Shown here piece by piece: positions 48,357 to 58,997 of a stretch of DNA of 64,000 nucleotides. Source of the stretch: Candidatus Altiarchaeales archaeon (GTDB taxonomy: Archaea > Altiarchaeota > Altiarchaeia > IMC4 > SCGC-AAA252-I15). The stretch spans positions 320,001-384,000 of the forward strand of contig WJMO01000005.1 of NCBI GenBank assembly GCA_014727915.1, in the 5' to 3' direction. Position numbers and translations under genes: made by a program. How positions within the stretch are numbered: position 1 is the first letter of the stretch; each line of letters starts with the position of its first letter. The notes under the pieces are model-generated. The model did not search any database and was not told the origin of the DNA. It saw only the letters and a list, made by a program, of their open reading frames with translations.

Positions 48357-50819
48357 TTAGAGGTATTCGTGCCAGTCTTCTCCTTCCAGCTTTCGGATTA
48401 TCCTGTTGGCTCCGTCGCTGAAGGCTATCTCACCCTCCACCCCCTCCCTAAGGCATTCAGCAGTGTTGCTGTGGTCCAGTATTCTTGTTGATACTGCGAG
48501 CAGCAGCTGGGGGTGGCGTGTTTTGTCGGGTATCCTTTCGAGGGCGTCGTTTATCCTCACGACATCCGACCTCAACCCCCTTTCCTGCAGCAGCCTCAAC
48601 GCATTCCGGATGGTCTCCTGGGGTGTTCCATACTGGCTTTCTCCGGAGGACCTGTTAGCCCACCTCTTCCACGCGTTCATGAGCGGGTTATCGTCTGCCC
48701 TGCGGGGGTTCGGCCTGTCCGTTTCCTTTGCGGGTGTTGGGGTTGATGTCGGGTTTCCCGCGGGCCTTGGAGGCCTCACCCCGCCCGCGTTCTCCACTGG
48801 ATCTGCCGTCGGAGGCTCTGAGGCCCTGGCTGCGGGTGTTGCATGCTTTACAGGCGGCTCTGGTCTTGTTCCAATTGCTTCCGCCTGTTGTGTTGGGGCT
48901 GCCTGGGTTAAGTCCAGGTTCCTGGTGGCGGTGGTGTACAGGTCTCTGCCGTTTTCAACGTCTGCTAATCCTATCCGGAACCCGTTGTCTGCCGCTAACA
49001 GCAACTCCCTCGGTTGTCCTATCCCCCTTAGGTGTTCCATGTATAGCCTGGCCATGGTGGGCCAGTTGTCCCATTCGTCTGCGTGTGATATGATCTCCCG
49101 GACTGCACCGTTGACTACTTCAACATTCAAGCCCGGTTCCCTCCTGGATTCAGTGTCGACTTCCAGGGTCATACCTGCGAGCGCCCGGGCTTCCGCGTGT
49201 GTCAGCCCCTCTTCTCTAACCCAGTCTCCCATCCTCTCCAGGTCAGGCCTGCCAGCTCTGAGCTCGTTCAACGCGTTTCTGCGGGTCGCACAGACTGGGA
49301 TGTCCGGGTTTTCTCTGTCGGTCCATCTGGCTATGGTCTTAGCGTCTACGTCGAATCCTTCAGGCAGCTGGGAGAATATCTGGGGCGGGGTCAGCCTTTC
49401 ATCCCATGTGTGTATCTCCATAACCCTGTCGTACTGGGCTAGCGTGTAGGCTGTCTTCTCCCTTTTTGCAGCGGCTTCCAGTGACTGTGTGGTCTCCGGT
49501 TCCGGCGGCCCGAACGCCCGGCATATGGGGTTATCCTGGTCGGTCGGGTACACTCTCCTCTGGAATTCCCTTATGGAGTTCGGGTCTTGGATGTTGATGT
49601 ATGACTGGCTGCCCCCGGATACAGTGGATTGTACTCCGATCCTGTCCAGTTGGAGGGCAACCTCTTCCAGGAGCGTTTCTCCCCCCGCCTGCGGCAGGAC
49701 TATGCTATTCTTCCCCACAGAGCAGGTCTTGTCTGCGAATCCTCTCACATACGCTGCCACTTCAAGCTCTGAGACCATGTGGCCGCATGGTGTCCGTTGG
49801 TTGAAATCCGTTGCTTCATTCAATCTTCTGCGGAGCTCCTGCGATATGAACTGCACATGGTATGCACCTCCCAGTTTATCTGTTCGTGGGTTTTCCCCGA
49901 CCTCCATCACCTCATTCTCCAATGGTTGTTGCATTCCTGCTCTGAAGTTCTCCACAATCCTCCTGTTGTCGTTTGTGGCCTTTATGACTCCCTGGTCGTT
50001 GGCGCCGCTTCTCCCCCCCACGTCGCTCATGGCCTGCCAGTATCCGAGGAAATAGGAGAAGGGAAGGTTCTCCTCGGTTGGGAAGTTGACTGCTCCTGAC
50101 TTGAGCTTGGGCGTGACTGTCGGCTGGTTTGATATGGCTAGGGGGAGTCTGCCCTCTGAAATCCATCCTCTGATCTGCTTCACCGACGCGCCCGCCCCAA
50201 CCCCCGTGACATTGGGGTGTGCAGCCGCCTCCGGGCCGCTGTAACCGTCTTGTATCAGGGATAGCGCAGCCCGGAACTGTCTGGCCGCGTCCTCGATCTT
50301 CTTCCGCTCCCCCTGGAAGGCTCCTTCCGGCTTCTTTTCGAGGGTGTATCTCCGCCGCTGGTCTCGGATCGCTTCAGTAGCTATCGCTTCGACTTCCTCC
50401 ACCCTTTTGATGGGGGGTGGGCCTGCCTTGTAGGACAGTGTGCCTTTGGGGTTCCTCACAACCACGGGTATGCTGCTCCCAACATACGATTGCAGGCTCG
50501 GCTCTCGACCTGCCTTATCCCCCGTCTGCTCGACTCTCCTGATAAGCTCCGTGAAGTTCCGGCCGAACCGTCGTTTCTCAGTGGTTGAGGGTTCAAGTGC
50601 AAGTCCCTGTCTTCTAATCTGTCCTCTCCGTCGTTGGTCGATCAGCCCCTCGTATTTCTCTCCGAAATATCTGAGGACGTCTTCGTTGGATCGTGTTTGG
50701 CTTCTGAATTCCTCCACTTCCTTGGGTGTGAGATCAGGGTCAACTATCTCAATGCCTACGCGTCCATCCACCTTGACAGGCCTGATGGCCGGACCCTTCT
50801 TTGGAGGAGTCATATCCAT
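48357..50819 (-). CDS. Large protein with a degenerate double LAGLIDADG domain flanked by HTH-like segments
   Basis: FSYFLGYWQAMSDVG and AYVRGFADKTCSV helices; LLEEVALQLDRIGVQS; no intein splice residues recognised. Confidence 0.65.
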   Translation of the reverse strand: MDMTPPKKGPAIRPVKVDGRVGIEIVDPDLTPKEVEEFRSQTRSNEDVLRYFGEKYEGLIDQRRRGQIRRQGLALEPSTTEKRRFGRNFTELIRRVEQTGDKAGREPSLQSYVGSSIPVVVRNPKGTLSYKAGPPPIKRVEEVEAIATEAIRDQRRRYTLEKKPEGAFQGERKKIEDAARQFRAALSLIQDGYSGPEAAAHPNVTGVGAGASVKQIRGWISEGRLPLAISNQPTVTPKLKSGAVNFPTEENLPFSYFLGYWQAMSDVGGRSGANDQGVIKATNDNRRIVENFRAGMQQPLENEVMEVGENPRTDKLGGAYHVQFISQELRRRLNEATDFNQRTPCGHMVSELEVAAYVRGFADKTCSVGKNSIVLPQAGGETLLEEVALQLDRIGVQSTVSGGSQSYINIQDPNSIREFQRRVYPTDQDNPICRAFGPPEPETTQSLEAAAKREKTAYTLAQYDRVMEIHTWDERLTPPQIFSQLPEGFDVDAKTIARWTDRENPDIPVCATRRNALNELRAGRPDLERMGDWVREEGLTHAEARALAGMTLEVDTESRREPGLNVEVVNGAVREIISHADEWDNWPTMARLYMEHLRGIGQPRELLLAADNGFRIGLADVENGRDLYTTATRNLDLTQAAPTQQAEAIGTRPEPPVKHATPAARASEPPTADPVENAGGVRPPRPAGNPTSTPTPAKETDRPNPRRADDNPLMNAWKRWANRSSGESQYGTPQETIRNALRLLQERGLRSDVVRINDALERIPDKTRHPQLLLAVSTRILDHSNTAECLREGVEGEIAFSDGANRIIRKLEGEDWHEYL

Positions 50820-51000
50820 TAAAATTCGGAAGAACAAGGTAAAAAGGGTTTTTTGGTGGGTGTTCCCTCTTCATTTATCGGTTCAAAGTGTGTCCTGTCT
50901 ATTTTTCTCCTGGCGAGCAGGGCGGAGATACTGATTATCTATCCCCTTCCGTCCATGCGGCGCGGATGCAAGATATGCCCCGGAAAAAAAGGGAGTAGGT

Positions 51001-51774
51001 CTATTCCTTCTTCGTTGGCCTCCAGATTCGGGCCAGGGTTATCGTTCCTTTCTTGTCGTCTGTTCGTATCTCTAGCTCGTCCACGTGGGCGCGTACGTAG
51101 CAGAGTCCATGCCCCACTAATCCTATCAGTTTTGTGCTTTCCCCGTGGTGGAGGTGCCTGGGTATGTCGGTCATCCTGCCCGGGTTCAACCCTATGAACT
51201 CGACTCCCCTTCGTTCTCCGTCTGTTATGGGTCTTGTGATCATCAGCCCCCGTCTTCCGTGTTCGATGATGTTCCTGCTCATCTCGCTCCACACGTACTC
51301 TTCCTGTGTGTGCATTCTCCCCTCTCGCGGGTGGGTGTCTCCTCCCAGGTATCTTTCCCCTCGGAGCTTCCTGGATATCTCGCCTCTCAGGGCGTCCGCT
51401 ACCGTCAGGCAAACCTCCAAACCAATGTTGTCCCTGGCGTGGGTCGCGTCGAACCACTGCGCGTCCGATCCTTCCTCTCTCAGTCTCTGCTGCAACCGTT
51501 TTATCCGGTCATCGTCTCCTCCGACGATGGCTTCGAGCATGTCCGGCAGCCGGTCGTGGAACCCGTCCCTGAACAGCTTCCTGGAGGTTGAGCTGGGGTC
51601 TATCCTCCAGTAGTATTCACCTTCCTCTGTGGCCTCATGGCCTCTGTAAACTGCTCTTAAGCCTAGTTCCCTCTGGGTTGGGAGTCGCCCGTCCTCGCGG
51701 AGCTCCACTGCCGCGTGCTCTATCTCCTTCGCATGGGCTCGCCTGTCGCCGCCGGTCCGGGGCACATACTTCAT
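51001..51774 (-). CDS. Protein with C-terminal RsbT-like (GHKL/HATPase_c) domain
   Basis: SEMSRNIIEHG, RRGVEF, GEST..G..GHGL, VDELEI, KGT. Confidence 0.7.
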   Translation of the reverse strand: MKYVPRTGGDRRAHAKEIEHAAVELREDGRLPTQRELGLRAVYRGHEATEEGEYYWRIDPSSTSRKLFRDGFHDRLPDMLEAIVGGDDDRIKRLQQRLREEGSDAQWFDATHARDNIGLEVCLTVADALRGEISRKLRGERYLGGDTHPREGRMHTQEEYVWSEMSRNIIEHGRRGLMITRPITDGERRGVEFIGLNPGRMTDIPRHLHHGESTKLIGLVGHGLCYVRAHVDELEIRTDDKKGTITLARIWRPTKKE

Positions 51775-51848
51775 CGTAAAAAAGTATACGAAGGAAAACG
51801 GTAAATAACTTCGCATTCGGCTTTCGCATCCTGGGTTTGGCTGCTGCG

Positions 51849-52100
51849 ATGCTCTTCAACTTTGTTCCTCTCCTTATTGTCGGGTTGGTGCTCTTTGTCA
51901 TCGCTGCCTTTGTCGAGTTGGTTGTGAAATTCCAATGGTATAAGCTCCACGCCCACTTCTTCAGGAACATGTGCTGTTCCATATACCTGTTCACCCTTGC
52001 TACGCTGGTGCTCCAGTCATTAGATGAGGGTTCCTGGGGTTCAGCAGCCATCGCAGGAGCTTTAGCGTTGCCAGCGATATACCTGATGAGGAAGAGGTGA
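51849..52100 (+). CDS. Small membrane protein
   Basis: Three hydrophobic segments and a basic C-terminus. Confidence 0.55.
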   Translation: MLFNFVPLLIVGLVLFVIAAFVELVVKFQWYKLHAHFFRNMCCSIYLFTLATLVLQSLDEGSWGSAAIAGALALPAIYLMRKR

Positions 52101-52144
52101 TGGGGTTTTTTAATTTATACTGTGCTGGCTAATACATTTTCATA

Positions 52145-52627
52145 ATGGATTTTGAACCGTCTGTGAATTGGACAATCTGGTCTTTGAGGATTGCTGCCGG
52201 CCTTTATGTGTTGTTTGGTTTGGGGTTCCTTGCGATCCTGCTTTTCTCTGGTGATGACCTGTTCAAGGAGGGTATTGTGTTCATGGTTGTTTTTCTGTTT
52301 GGTTTCGCAGCTATCGTGGTCGTGTGCACTGAAGCCCTTGTCAGAGGGCTTCGGAGGGATAGTTTCTGGGCTTGGATTATTTCACTGGTGGTGTTGGGCA
52401 TATACGCGCCCAGCCTGTATTTCCCCCTTGCGCTTTTGGGCATATTGGGGCTGGTTTGGCGTTCTTCCAGGGAGCGGTTCCTGAACAAGGAAGGCGTGAA
52501 AACCGGTTCATTGCAGCCTGGAGACAAGAGGATGCTCCTCATAATCGGTGCCTGCATAATCGCCACAATACTTTTGTTTGTTGGGGTGATAGCCTGGCAG
52601 ATACTGTGGGTAACACATGCAATATGA
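52145..52627 (+). CDS. Multi-pass membrane protein
   Basis: About 4-5 hydrophobic helices. Confidence 0.75.
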   Translation: MDFEPSVNWTIWSLRIAAGLYVLFGLGFLAILLFSGDDLFKEGIVFMVVFLFGFAAIVVVCTEALVRGLRRDSFWAWIISLVVLGIYAPSLYFPLALLGILGLVWRSSRERFLNKEGVKTGSLQPGDKRMLLIIGACIIATILLFVGVIAWQILWVTHAI

Positions 52628-52632
52628 GAAGC

Positions 52633-53031
52633 TTATGCTAGCCTCATCTTCTCGATGATCCTGTCGTTCACTTCGCCTCTTTTCACTATCAGCATGTTCT
52701 TCTCCTTTTTCGTTACGTAGTTGGTGTCAATCTCTACTTTGGCGGTGAACACCTTCAATCTGCCAGTGTGGAGCAGTCTCAACAGGTCCTTCACCTTCTT
52801 TATCTCTTTCTTGTCTGTTCGTGTGGTTTTGGCCATGTATTTTATGTTTTTCTTGTAGAACTTCACCGTCTTATCCTGCTCCCCCTGGTCGAATCCAACG
52901 TTGAACTTTATTCCTGCCCGGGTGTACAGCGCCCTGATCTCATTAACAGCATCCCCCTCCAGTGAAACGTCAAAGACAAGGAACGTGTACTCTTTCACTC
53001 CCCTCCAAAAGAATGAACCCAACAATCCCAT
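52633..53031 (-). CDS. Hypothetical basic protein
   Basis: 132-aa ORF with no recognised motif. Confidence 0.6.
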   Translation of the reverse strand: MGLLGSFFWRGVKEYTFLVFDVSLEGDAVNEIRALYTRAGIKFNVGFDQGEQDKTVKFYKKNIKYMAKTTRTDKKEIKKVKDLLRLLHTGRLKVFTAKVEIDTNYVTKKEKNMLIVKRGEVNDRIIEKMRLA

Positions 53032-53122
53032 CCCTTAATCATTCGAATCCACGCATTTAACCTCGAATATCCCATTTTCATCTATTATGGCCTTGCCCGC
53101 TCCCAGAGACCCGGATGCACTG

Positions 53123-53362
53123 TCAAACATCTTTCGCCGGTGCACCCTCATTTTTACCTTTAAACCACCCTATCAACGCCAAAATCCACAGGAGCATAAT
53201 CCCAACTGCCAATATCACCAAGGGTGAGTCACCGATACCGTCCACCACAAACGAATAACCCACATAGACGGTGGCAGCCACCAACAGCAACAAAGTAACA
53301 TAACCCTGACCATCCCTCATCTTCACCTTAACCGTCTTCTTATGAAAATCCCACAAACCCAT
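53123..53362 (-). CDS. Small two-TM membrane protein
   Basis: Two hydrophobic helices. Confidence 0.6.
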   Translation of the reverse strand: MGLWDFHKKTVKVKMRDGQGYVTLLLLVAATVYVGYSFVVDGIGDSPLVILAVGIMLLWILALIGWFKGKNEGAPAKDV

Positions 53363-53781
53363 AATAGAACAATTGAAACCAGATAATTAAAATAGTTTAC
53401 AAAAAAATATAAAATATTATGAAAAAACTTCAAACAACTTAAACTTTCCCCACATACCTTATACAGAAGTGTTTAGAATTAAACACAACCGTAAACTCCG
53501 AGAAACCGTTTTGCTCCTGATTAGAATAACTTGGTATTGAAAACAATAATTGGGGGTTATCAATTCCTGCCTCTTTGCCGCCTTGATGCCGATTTGAATT
53601 TTGTTTGGGTCTGATGAGACACTCAGAAGACATTCGTCTTCTGGTGCGCCAAATGTCCTAAAAAGCATTTGAGCGTTCGAACTCACGGCCAAATATATTT
53701 TTATCAGTTATTTAAAATTTTTTATCAATAGTTTTTAAAATATTCTAAATAATTAAAAAAATAGAAGTTTGGGATAGTTTT

Positions 53782-55161
<1,380 letters not shown>

Positions 55162-55180
55162 AACATACTAAAGTTTAAAA

Positions 55181-55723
55181 GTGAAACCTAAGTTGTCTGT
55201 GAATGAGCGTAAGGTATTAGCCCACCTGATAGGGGACGGGCGGATATCCTGCACAGAAATCGCCCGAAATCTGGGGATAACCAGCCAGGCAGTGGGGAAG
55301 ATCAAGGACAAGCTGGAAAAGGAGGGGTTCATACAGGGGTACACGGCGGAAGTGGACTTCGAGAAGCTGGGCGTGAACGTCTTCGCCATAGCGTTCTTCA
55401 ACTTCAAGAGCGGCAGCTGGAGCAGGCTAGAACGCCAGGACATCATGCAACGGGTCAAAGGACCCCACCTGGTCAGGGTATACCGGCTCTCCGAAGGGGA
55501 CATAACCCACATGGTCGTCTACGGGTTCCGCAGCGTCAAGGAGATGGAACACTACTTCCAAGTCCTCCAAACCGAGAGGGAGCACATCAGCGAGCTGAAG
55601 AAAGTCTACGTCATATCCTCCGAGAGCATACTCAAAGACTCCCCCAAGGAGCTCTTCCTGAAGCTCATAGACGAACTGGACCTGGACGTCCTCGCCCGCC
55701 CGGAAAAGCCCAAGCCCATGTGA
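55181..55723 (+). CDS. Lrp/AsnC family transcriptional regulator
   Basis: DGRISCTEIARNLGIT...LEKEGFIQGYTAEVDFEKLG. Confidence 0.9.
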   Translation: MKPKLSVNERKVLAHLIGDGRISCTEIARNLGITSQAVGKIKDKLEKEGFIQGYTAEVDFEKLGVNVFAIAFFNFKSGSWSRLERQDIMQRVKGPHLVRVYRLSEGDITHMVVYGFRSVKEMEHYFQVLQTEREHISELKKVYVISSESILKDSPKELFLKLIDELDLDVLARPEKPKPM

Positions 55724-55726
55724 CCC

Positions 55727-56788
55727 TCATCCGATAATGGCCTTTGCGAAATCGGCAGGGGTTACGCCAGGCGATTGGACCGCGGACGAACTGTAGATAT
55801 TTCCTATGGCATCGGCTATCGCTGTCTCATCCGCCTTCACACCAGCCAACGCCTCCTCGATCTCGCCCACAACGTCGGGGTAGATGAAGAAGTCACCGGT
55901 CAACACAACCTCGGAGATCACATCATCCTTCAACGATGAGGATGCTCTTATCAATCCTCCGGGGGACTTATGGGTTGACTCCACCACGTGAACGCCCTCC
56001 GATATCTTCACCTTCCTGAATCCGGGATGCCGGCGTTTCACCTTGTTCAACCACTCATCGGACACGAAATACCCATCCAAACCCTCAATGATCTGAAGTT
56101 CCTCGGGTGACAACTCCCCACGGACCAGCTCCACATCCAATGTCTCCTTGAACTTGGAGATCAAAACCTCCTTCACCTCATCACGCGGAGGAACGCTGCC
56201 AAGCTCCCGTTTCACGGTCGTCAGATACTCGCTCATGGACTTGTACACCTTATCCCTGAACTTCTCATCCGGCACCTTCAACAACCTGGACATGGCCTCA
56301 TAGTTGAAGTCCAAGATCAGACTGCCCACGACAACAACACAGTCGCCCATGGTCGCGGCCCCCGTACCCCCGATCTTCCTGTTATCCACCTGCAGGTCGT
56401 TCACAGGCCGGTGAAAAGCCTCAATACCCAACGCCCTATACGCCTCCACAGGAGCCTTCAAAAACCTGTTATAGACCTCGGTGATATCCCGTGGCGCATG
56501 GTCCTTGTGGAACATGATATGGTAGAACAGCTGGTCACGGTCCAGGTACACCGCACCCCCGCCCACACGACGACGGTACACTGGAAGACCCATATCCCTA
56601 CAATAGTCCAGGTCCACCTCCTTCTCCAGCTCCTGGTGCATGCCAACGCACACATACGGGTCACCGGGGCTCAACAGCGAGATCGTATCCTGCCCCCCCG
56701 CGCTCACGCTCTCCGCAACCCCGTGGTAGATGGTCTGACTCCGCAGGGCAGACACAAAACCCAAATCCAACAACCTTACCTCTCTCAT
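55727..56788 (-). CDS. lplA: Lipoate--protein ligase (LplA catalytic plus accessory domain)
   Basis: RRRVGGGAVYLD, NDLQVDNRKIGGTG, HKSPGGLIR, TGDFF; N-terminal SQTIYH. Confidence 0.9.
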   Translation of the reverse strand: MREVRLLDLGFVSALRSQTIYHGVAESVSAGGQDTISLLSPGDPYVCVGMHQELEKEVDLDYCRDMGLPVYRRRVGGGAVYLDRDQLFYHIMFHKDHAPRDITEVYNRFLKAPVEAYRALGIEAFHRPVNDLQVDNRKIGGTGAATMGDCVVVVGSLILDFNYEAMSRLLKVPDEKFRDKVYKSMSEYLTTVKRELGSVPPRDEVKEVLISKFKETLDVELVRGELSPEELQIIEGLDGYFVSDEWLNKVKRRHPGFRKVKISEGVHVVESTHKSPGGLIRASSSLKDDVISEVVLTGDFFIYPDVVGEIEEALAGVKADETAIADAIGNIYSSSAVQSPGVTPADFAKAIIG

Positions 56789-56798
56789 AATATCACCA

Positions 56799-57629
56799 TT
56801 AAAACAACGTTTGAGCGGACGTCAACCCCATCGCAATGTACTGGACGCCCAAGAGGAGCAACACAACACCCCCAACATACCTTACGAACGTTAGCACATT
56901 GCTCCGCATGTACCTCTGAGCAACCTCGACAGAACCCCGCGCCAACATGATCATCAATGTCGGGGGTATGAAAGCGCCCACAGCGAACGAGGTGATGATG
57001 AGCACCGCCTTGCCCAGGGAGAACAGCAGGGAAGGCGCGGAGGCCGCGTTCGCCAACGCAACAGCGGAGATGGGAGCCAAGAACACGGACGCCTCCACCG
57101 TGCACACGAACCCCGTGACAGTCCCCCAGACCATGTACTCGACAGGGTGGTTCACGCTGAACACCGGCAGCTTCAAGTATTTGAACACCTGGGAGGTGAT
57201 GTAATGGCGGATGTCCAACAAACCAAGGAGGTCCGCGGACAACGCCACCATGAACACCCCCGCTACCAGTATGGCCACGGGTGCGATGGTATAGGATATG
57301 ACACTGCCAGCCAGGCCGGTGACAATGCCCAAGACTATGAAGGTTATGAACCTGCCCGCGGTGAACAACACCGACGAATAGAATGCCGCGCGGACGTTCT
57401 CCTCCCCCCCGGCGATATACGCAGCCAATGGCACACCACAGACAGGGCAGGATATCAGCCCGAACAACAGCCCCAGCCAGAGAGCCCACAAAGCCGAAGA
57501 ACCCGCGTTCTCCATGGCAACCGCCATATACGGCTGAAGCACGCCCATGGACTCGAGCATCCACCCGCGCACAAATACTACCAACGCAACGAACAGGAAC
57601 ACCAGAACCCCGGCCAACACCTTATTCAT
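56799..57629 (-). CDS. CcdA/DsbD-like multi-pass membrane protein
   Basis: SCPVCG and FVC Cys motifs in TM segments; F..GR motif. Confidence 0.65.
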   Translation of the reverse strand: MNKVLAGVLVFLFVALVVFVRGWMLESMGVLQPYMAVAMENAGSSALWALWLGLLFGLISCPVCGVPLAAYIAGGEENVRAAFYSSVLFTAGRFITFIVLGIVTGLAGSVISYTIAPVAILVAGVFMVALSADLLGLLDIRHYITSQVFKYLKLPVFSVNHPVEYMVWGTVTGFVCTVEASVFLAPISAVALANAASAPSLLFSLGKAVLIITSFAVGAFIPPTLMIMLARGSVEVAQRYMRSNVLTFVRYVGGVVLLLLGVQYIAMGLTSAQTLF

Positions 57630-58413
57630 CAGCCCTCACCTCCGCCTCCTCTTTGGGCTCGTACTTCTCCAGGAGCCTGTCCAGCTCGCTGAAGCAGGAC
57701 ACGATCAAGGATGAGACGGATATGAACTTGGTCTCCACACCCTGCTTGCCGCCTATCTGGGAGAGTAGGGCCTCGCAGCCGGCGCAGGCCAGCGGGCACA
57801 GGTCCGCCCCCGTCGCCCCCGCGTCCGACACCTTCTTCTCAGCCAACGCGGTCATGGCAGCCCCGTCAGACCCCGCCCCGCAGCAGGCGCAGGGGTCGCT
57901 CATCTCCACATAGGAGCCGCCAAGGTAATCCACAATAACCTCGTACAAGTCTTTGATCTTCACGCCCAAGGTCCGGTTCAAGTGGCACGAGTAATGGCCT
58001 GTGACCTTAACGGAGGAGTCTAGCTTCCTGTCAACCAACTTGTCCATCTCCCCCGACCTGATCAGCGCGTACGCGTACTCGAGGATGTTAACGGACTTGA
58101 ACCCCCGCCGCCTGAACTCCGGGTGCTCGCCCAGGTATGCGGTGCAGGAGGCGCAGGTGAACAACACATCCTTTATGCCCAACCTGTTCAACTGGTTCAA
58201 ATTGTACGTCAAGCACTCTTCCGCACCCTCCTCGTCGCCTATGCCCACGGAACCGTATCCGCAGCACCGCTCGTTGGGTATGGTCTTATACTCCTCAAGT
58301 ATGCCCGCTTCAACGGCCTTGTCCAACAATACGTAGGTGGACAGCCTCAACGTCTTCAGCATGCGCGAGGTCGTGCAGCCCTCGAAGAACACAAGCTTCC
58401 GTGGAATCCTCAT
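57622..58413 (-). CDS. HdrB-like CCG-domain Fe-S protein
   Basis: FFEGC...RCCG...TCASC and HYSCH...CCGAG...ACAGC. Confidence 0.85.
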   Translation of the reverse strand: MRIPRKLVFFEGCTTSRMLKTLRLSTYVLLDKAVEAGILEEYKTIPNERCCGYGSVGIGDEEGAEECLTYNLNQLNRLGIKDVLFTCASCTAYLGEHPEFRRRGFKSVNILEYAYALIRSGEMDKLVDRKLDSSVKVTGHYSCHLNRTLGVKIKDLYEVIVDYLGGSYVEMSDPCACCGAGSDGAAMTALAEKKVSDAGATGADLCPLACAGCEALLSQIGGKQGVETKFISVSSLIVSCFSELDRLLEKYEPKEEAEVRADE

Positions 58414-58997
58414 CTCCTGAATTTCAACCCCTCCCTAAGTTTTTTCAAGTCCTCAATGGCTTCCCCGCCAACTTCAGCCTTCTTCAAATCGTCCTCGAAG
58501 GGGTTGAAGAACTTCCTCAGCCGCTGGGCCTTGGTTATCCACATCCACGGCAGGTTGAAGCCCGAGCCTTTTATCCTGCGGACCACGGCCTCGTAGGTCC
58601 TCTTCATCTGCGGGTTCGGTATGGCCTGGATGCCGCTGATGGCATCATCCTCCAACGCACCCTTCAACTCCCTGTTGTAGATGTCCATGCACAGCTCGTC
58701 CACGCCCAGCTTCCTCGGGCACCGCTCCACGCAGGCTCCACAGCCGCTGCACAACTCGACATGGCCTTTAACGGCGTCATCGTATCGCCCGCTCTTCACA
58801 GCCACCATGATGTCCTTGGGCCCTATGTAGTCGCCTTCAACCGCGACGATGGGGCAGACCGCCCGGCACTGCTGGCACTCCATGCACAACACCGCGTTGC
58901 TCTGGTTACGCAGCGCAATATACGCTATCATGCCCAAGGGCACAAGCGTCAGGGCCGCAGCCACCCCAGCCGTTGAAACAAGCGTGAAAACCATCAT
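58410..58997 (-). CDS. HdrC-like 2x[4Fe-4S] protein with N-terminal TM anchor
   Basis: CMECQQCRAVCP and CSGCGACVERCPR. Confidence 0.85.
   Translation of the reverse strand: MMVFTLVSTAGVAAALTLVPLGMIAYIALRNQSNAVLCMECQQCRAVCPIVAVEGDYIGPKDIMVAVKSGRYDDAVKGHVELCSGCGACVERCPRKLGVDELCMDIYNRELKGALEDDAISGIQAIPNPQMKRTYEAVVRRIKGSGFNLPWMWITKAQRLRKFFNPFEDDLKKAEVGGEAIEDLKKLREGLKFRR

Noticed and set aside
43977-49449. Long antisense ORFs (e.g. 43977..45170, 48406..49449), and similar shadows elsewhere such as 16907..17800
   Set aside because: They are shadow frames opposite better-supported genes, as expected in GC-rich DNA.
53611-53655. Hammerhead ribozyme suggested by CTGATGAG followed by a hairpin
   Set aside because: The required GAAA after stem II is missing and no convincing stems I and III were found.
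53439-53692. Two short minus-strand ORFs, one with a faint HNH-like GG...IDNPQLL
   Set aside because: Catalytic His/Cys/Asn pattern is incomplete and codon usage is atypical, so neither can be supported as a CDS.
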